A stretch of DNA of 64,000 bases from Escherichia coli (lineage in GTDB: Bacteria; Pseudomonadota; Gammaproteobacteria; Enterobacterales; Enterobacteriaceae). Each line of letters opens with the position of its first letter. Within the stretch, counting starts at the first letter, position 1. Of this stretch, positions 60,837-64,000 are shown in pieces. Both the position numbers and the translations under genes were made by a program. The stretch lies in the NCBI RefSeq assembly GCF_003790525.1, contig NZ_CP033636.1; one strand, given 5' to 3'. The notes beneath the pieces were generated by a model. It searched no databases. It had not been told where the DNA came from and was given only the letters and a program-made list of their open reading frames with translations.

Positions 60837-61429
60837 ATTTAAAAAAGATATCGCGAAACTTGCCTTGTCTGAATCTAAATATTGACTTAAGTCAAATTCT
60901 GTTGTTTGCTTTACAATCAAATATTAGTTACAACTTAAATATTAACTCTTGACAAGTAAAGATATAATTTGATTTTTCTTTATACAGTCTTTCTTCGTTC
61001 CAAAAAATGTTCACCTTTTTTTCTGTTGAAAACGTAAAACTACTTAGGTTCTCTAAAACCTTCTATGCATGACGACTTCTTAATCGCTTTCAATTAATAT
61101 ATTTTATATTCTTGCCTAAGTTCGCTTCTTTGATCCTTAGCTATTCCTTCTTTGAAATATAGAAACAGCGTTACTGGTGATGATTTTTTTCAGCTCTTAA
61201 TACACCTGTTTTCAAAGCAATATTTGCTTTTAGATATTCGATAAAACCATGTTTTTGTTACACCGGATTTTTCACAATGTGCAAGATGGATGATCTTTCC
61301 ATCACCGAGACTATCTTCTTAGTCAGCACTCCTTTTCCGTCCTTTTCAACATAAAAACGACCATGCTATACGAGCTCTAACCTTTTTTTTGTATGCCATC
61401 ATAACCGCATCAGAAAAGGAGAACGGTCT

Positions 61430-62476
61430 ATGACTCGTATTGCATTAGCGCCTTCAAAGATGGTTTTGCTTATGTCTTTGGTAATTACTGGTGCCCACGC
61501 CAGCCCTGAGCAACCCCTAATAAAAGATACGCCCTTTGTATCAGGCCAGGCTTATAAGAAGGGTTTCTTCTGGTATGACGATCCTGCTAAAAAAAGCGAA
61601 GCTGAAGAAGAAAAGGTTTTGCCACCAACCGGTGCTGCTAGCTCGCCTTCAAAAGAGGAAAAGGTAGATTTAAATTCAAAATGGCTAAAAGAGAATATGC
61701 CTCGACTGTTAACGCAGGCAATGGATAACCCTACCGCAGAAAATCTATCACGTTATTACACGGCGCAAAGGTTAATGCTGGATATCAGTACGCGTTTTTC
61801 TGACAAATCAAAAGATTATTTTCTTAAAAACCCGATGATGTCTGAAAAACGCAGGCAACCAGTGGAAAAGGTGGCACTGGATGCTCACCGCACTGTTGTT
61901 GAAAAAAATCAGCAAACGGTAATGAAAGATATCTTTACTAAGTCAGGTTTATTTTTCTTTTTCCAGAGTACTTGCCAGTTTTGCCACGAAGAGAGCCAAA
62001 TACTTCAATTTATGCAGAACTATTATTCGGTAGATATTCTTCCAATCAGTATGGATGGAAGGCCATTGCATAATGGCCTTTTTCAGGATTTTAACATCCC
62101 CAATGCACAAATTATTGATCAATTTAAAATTCGAGAGGTACCTACAATTTTCCTGGTTTCAAAGGATGGGACATCAGCTCAGCGCATTAGTGAAGGCATG
62201 ATCTCCGCTGATGAATTAAAGAACACTATTATACTTGCCGCGAAGGGCATGAATCTGATCGATGACGCTTCGTTTCAGTCAACTCTAGATATTAAAAGGC
62301 AATATACCATCGGTGATGATGGCGTTATTACCGTTAATAAATCCGAAATGGAATCAGACCCATTCTTACTTCAAAAAATAATGGACCAAAAACTCGAAGG
62401 CTATGACATGCCTACGGCCGATCCGGTCAATTATCTCAATGCTGGCGGCAGTTTTGGAGGCACTTATGCGCAGTAA
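61430..62476 (+). CDS. periplasmic thioredoxin-fold protein, TraF/TrbB-like
   Basis: 348-aa ORF with RBS aaaaggag; signal-peptide-like N-terminus; CxxC motif TCQFCHEE. Confidence 0.45.
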   Translation: MTRIALAPSKMVLLMSLVITGAHASPEQPLIKDTPFVSGQAYKKGFFWYDDPAKKSEAEEEKVLPPTGAASSPSKEEKVDLNSKWLKENMPRLLTQAMDNPTAENLSRYYTAQRLMLDISTRFSDKSKDYFLKNPMMSEKRRQPVEKVALDAHRTVVEKNQQTVMKDIFTKSGLFFFFQSTCQFCHEESQILQFMQNYYSVDILPISMDGRPLHNGLFQDFNIPNAQIIDQFKIREVPTIFLVSKDGTSAQRISEGMISADELKNTIILAAKGMNLIDDASFQSTLDIKRQYTIGDDGVITVNKSEMESDPFLLQKIMDQKLEGYDMPTADPVNYLNAGGSFGGTYAQ

Positions 62477-63881
62477 TGCCGTTTTCAACTTCAAAAAGTT
62501 ACTTTTGTCTCTTTCTGTTTGTGCTGCAATTTTAGCCCCGACTGCAAATGCAGACAACGCAATGCGTAACATTTTCAATGGCATGATGACGTCTACCAGC
62601 CCGGCCACCTTTTCCACAGCAACCCGTACAGGCATAGTTGGCGGGTCAATGTCTTACCGAACAACAAACGTTAATACCAACCTTGTTTCCATGTCGTTTC
62701 CAAAAGCTTCTGTCGGTTGTAATGGTATTGACGTTTTTCTTGGGTCCTTCAGCATGATCAACGGGGACCAGCTTGTGCAGGTGGCCCGTGGTATTGCCCA
62801 GGGTGCGGCTATCTATGCTTTTAACGTTGCTGTTTCAGCTATTTGTGCTGACTGTGCTGCAACGATTAATGACATCCAAAACAAACTGCAAGCGCTAAAT
62901 AAATTTGCGAAAGATTCATGCAATGCAACTTACTCTTTCCTTTCTGAAAACGTGGGTACGCCAAGCCAGTTCGCTAACTCAGTTAGCTCTGGACCAGCCT
63001 CAATTCTGGGATCGATTAATGGTCTCATTCCTGATTTTGGCTCATCGATGACAAAGTCACCTGAAGCTGTCACTTCTCAGGTTAAAGCAAAGGATCCCGA
63101 AGAGTTCGCTGAAAAATTCAGTGGTAACCTCTTCTATATGTCGTTCATGGATATTGATAAGGGAACAATGAACATCGGAGGGGTAACGGAGTTATCCGGT
63201 TATAAATTGGCAGAACAACTTATGTCTCTCGTGGGTACTGTCATTATCAACTGGGATAGCAAAGGCGAAAAAGCGGGAATGGAAGTCCGCCCGTCTACCA
63301 TGACTGTCACGGATTACATCATGGGGCCACCAGCTGGCGGATCAATTAAAATGCTCAAGTGTTCTCCGGCACCAGATCCATCATCCCCACGAAAGGCTCA
63401 GTGCCTTGTCATGTCAGAAGTTAATGACGGTGGTTTTAAGGGATTGAAGGATACCATTTCTGATCTTCTTTTAAACGTACAGAAAAAAATCATCAACGAC
63501 GTTCGTGTTTCAGATGATGAATTACGCATTATCTCCTATATCGGCATCCCGACCATTATCGACTCTTTGCAAACATTCGAAGCACCGGAAGGGTACGCAT
63601 ACATTCAGGACATAAGCACTATTGCTGCGACGAGCCTCGTAATCAACATGTTGCGCCAGGTTGAGGCCAAAATTTCAACCATGAGCATACCGAGTGAGTC
63701 GCTGTCGGGTAAAAGGGATGATCTCAACCGATTAACAGACAATCTCTCAAAACAGGTTAAAGCCGCCTATGAGCTATCGCACAGCCAGGTCGGTACCAGC
63801 TCGGACGTCATTTCAACCTGGGATAACCGTCGCCTGCAACGGAAGGCTTTCACTGAAAGTATTCGTGGCACACGTAACTGA
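62466..63881 (+). CDS. TraH-like secreted pilus-assembly protein
   Basis: ORF 62403..63881; likely start at 62466 (MRSNAVFNFKKLLLSLSVCAAILAPTANA signal peptide), overlapping the upstream stop; stop codon TGA coincides with the first bases of the following IS end. Confidence 0.45.
   Translation: MRSNAVFNFKKLLLSLSVCAAILAPTANADNAMRNIFNGMMTSTSPATFSTATRTGIVGGSMSYRTTNVNTNLVSMSFPKASVGCNGIDVFLGSFSMINGDQLVQVARGIAQGAAIYAFNVAVSAICADCAATINDIQNKLQALNKFAKDSCNATYSFLSENVGTPSQFANSVSSGPASILGSINGLIPDFGSSMTKSPEAVTSQVKAKDPEEFAEKFSGNLFYMSFMDIDKGTMNIGGVTELSGYKLAEQLMSLVGTVIINWDSKGEKAGMEVRPSTMTVTDYIMGPPAGGSIKMLKCSPAPDPSSPRKAQCLVMSEVNDGGFKGLKDTISDLLLNVQKKIINDVRVSDDELRIISYIGIPTIIDSLQTFEAPEGYAYIQDISTIAATSLVINMLRQVEAKISTMSIPSESLSGKRDDLNRLTDNLSKQVKAAYELSHSQVGTSSDVISTWDNRRLQRKAFTESIRGTRN
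62495..62505. repeat. AAAGTWACTTT palindrome copy inside coding sequence
   Basis: exact aaagttacttt in the signal-peptide coding region of the TraH-like gene. Confidence 0.4.
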
Positions 63882-64000
63882 ACCGCCCCGGGAATCCTGG
63901 AGACTAAACTTCCTGAGAAAGAGGTAAACAGGATGACTAAAAATACTCGTTTTTCCCCCGAAGTCCGTCAACGGGCAGTCCGTATGGTTCTGGAAAGTCA
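63879..64000 (+). mobile_element. IS3-family element, IS629-like, left end only
   Basis: terminus tgaaccgccccgggaatcctggagactaaac followed by an orfA start (MTKNTRFSPEVRQRAVRMVLES) that I recognise as IS629-like; truncated by the window edge. Confidence 0.65.
63932..64000 (+). CDS. IS3-family transposase OrfA, partial
   Basis: N-terminal 23 codons MTKNTRFSPEVRQRAVRMVLES with RBS aggtaaacagg. Confidence 0.65.

Noticed and set aside
1-64000. tRNA, rRNA or tmRNA genes
   Set aside because: No region showed the conserved cloverleaf or rRNA-like blocks on reading; none reported.

Overview
This window looks like backbone plus accessory DNA of a large conjugative enterobacterial plasmid, most consistent with an IncHI-like element; that assignment is inference from gene content, with no database search possible. 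Supported content: an iteron replicon (RepFIB/RepHI1B-type repA at 4682..5770, flanked by an upstream iteron/DnaA-box region and a ~1.6 kb downstream array of ~80-bp palindrome-containing repeats); three paralogous ~800-aa secreted Ig-like-domain proteins around the replicon; a ~17 kb same-strand island of small unknown ORFs (19–36 kb) carrying DNA methyltransferases, an HNH endonuclease and a 794-aa PP-loop (PAPS-reductase/DndC-like) protein; a HigB-like toxin with no canonical HigA; a hok locus split by IS150 (3-bp TSD ACC); an orphan ParB-like gene; IS1 (9-bp TSD) disrupting a small gene; and a transfer region (MOBH-type relaxase, type IV coupling protein, candidate oriT repeats, TraF/TrbB-like and TraH-like genes) ending in a partial IS629-like element. 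Two repeated non-coding signals are the most striking features: a palindrome AAAGTWACTTT (16 copies, mostly intergenic) and a promoter-like module CAGGTTATTAGCC–N19–TATAAT (about 11 copies). The best candidates for an undescribed system are the PP-loop cluster, the HigB module and the methyltransferase operons within this co-regulated island.
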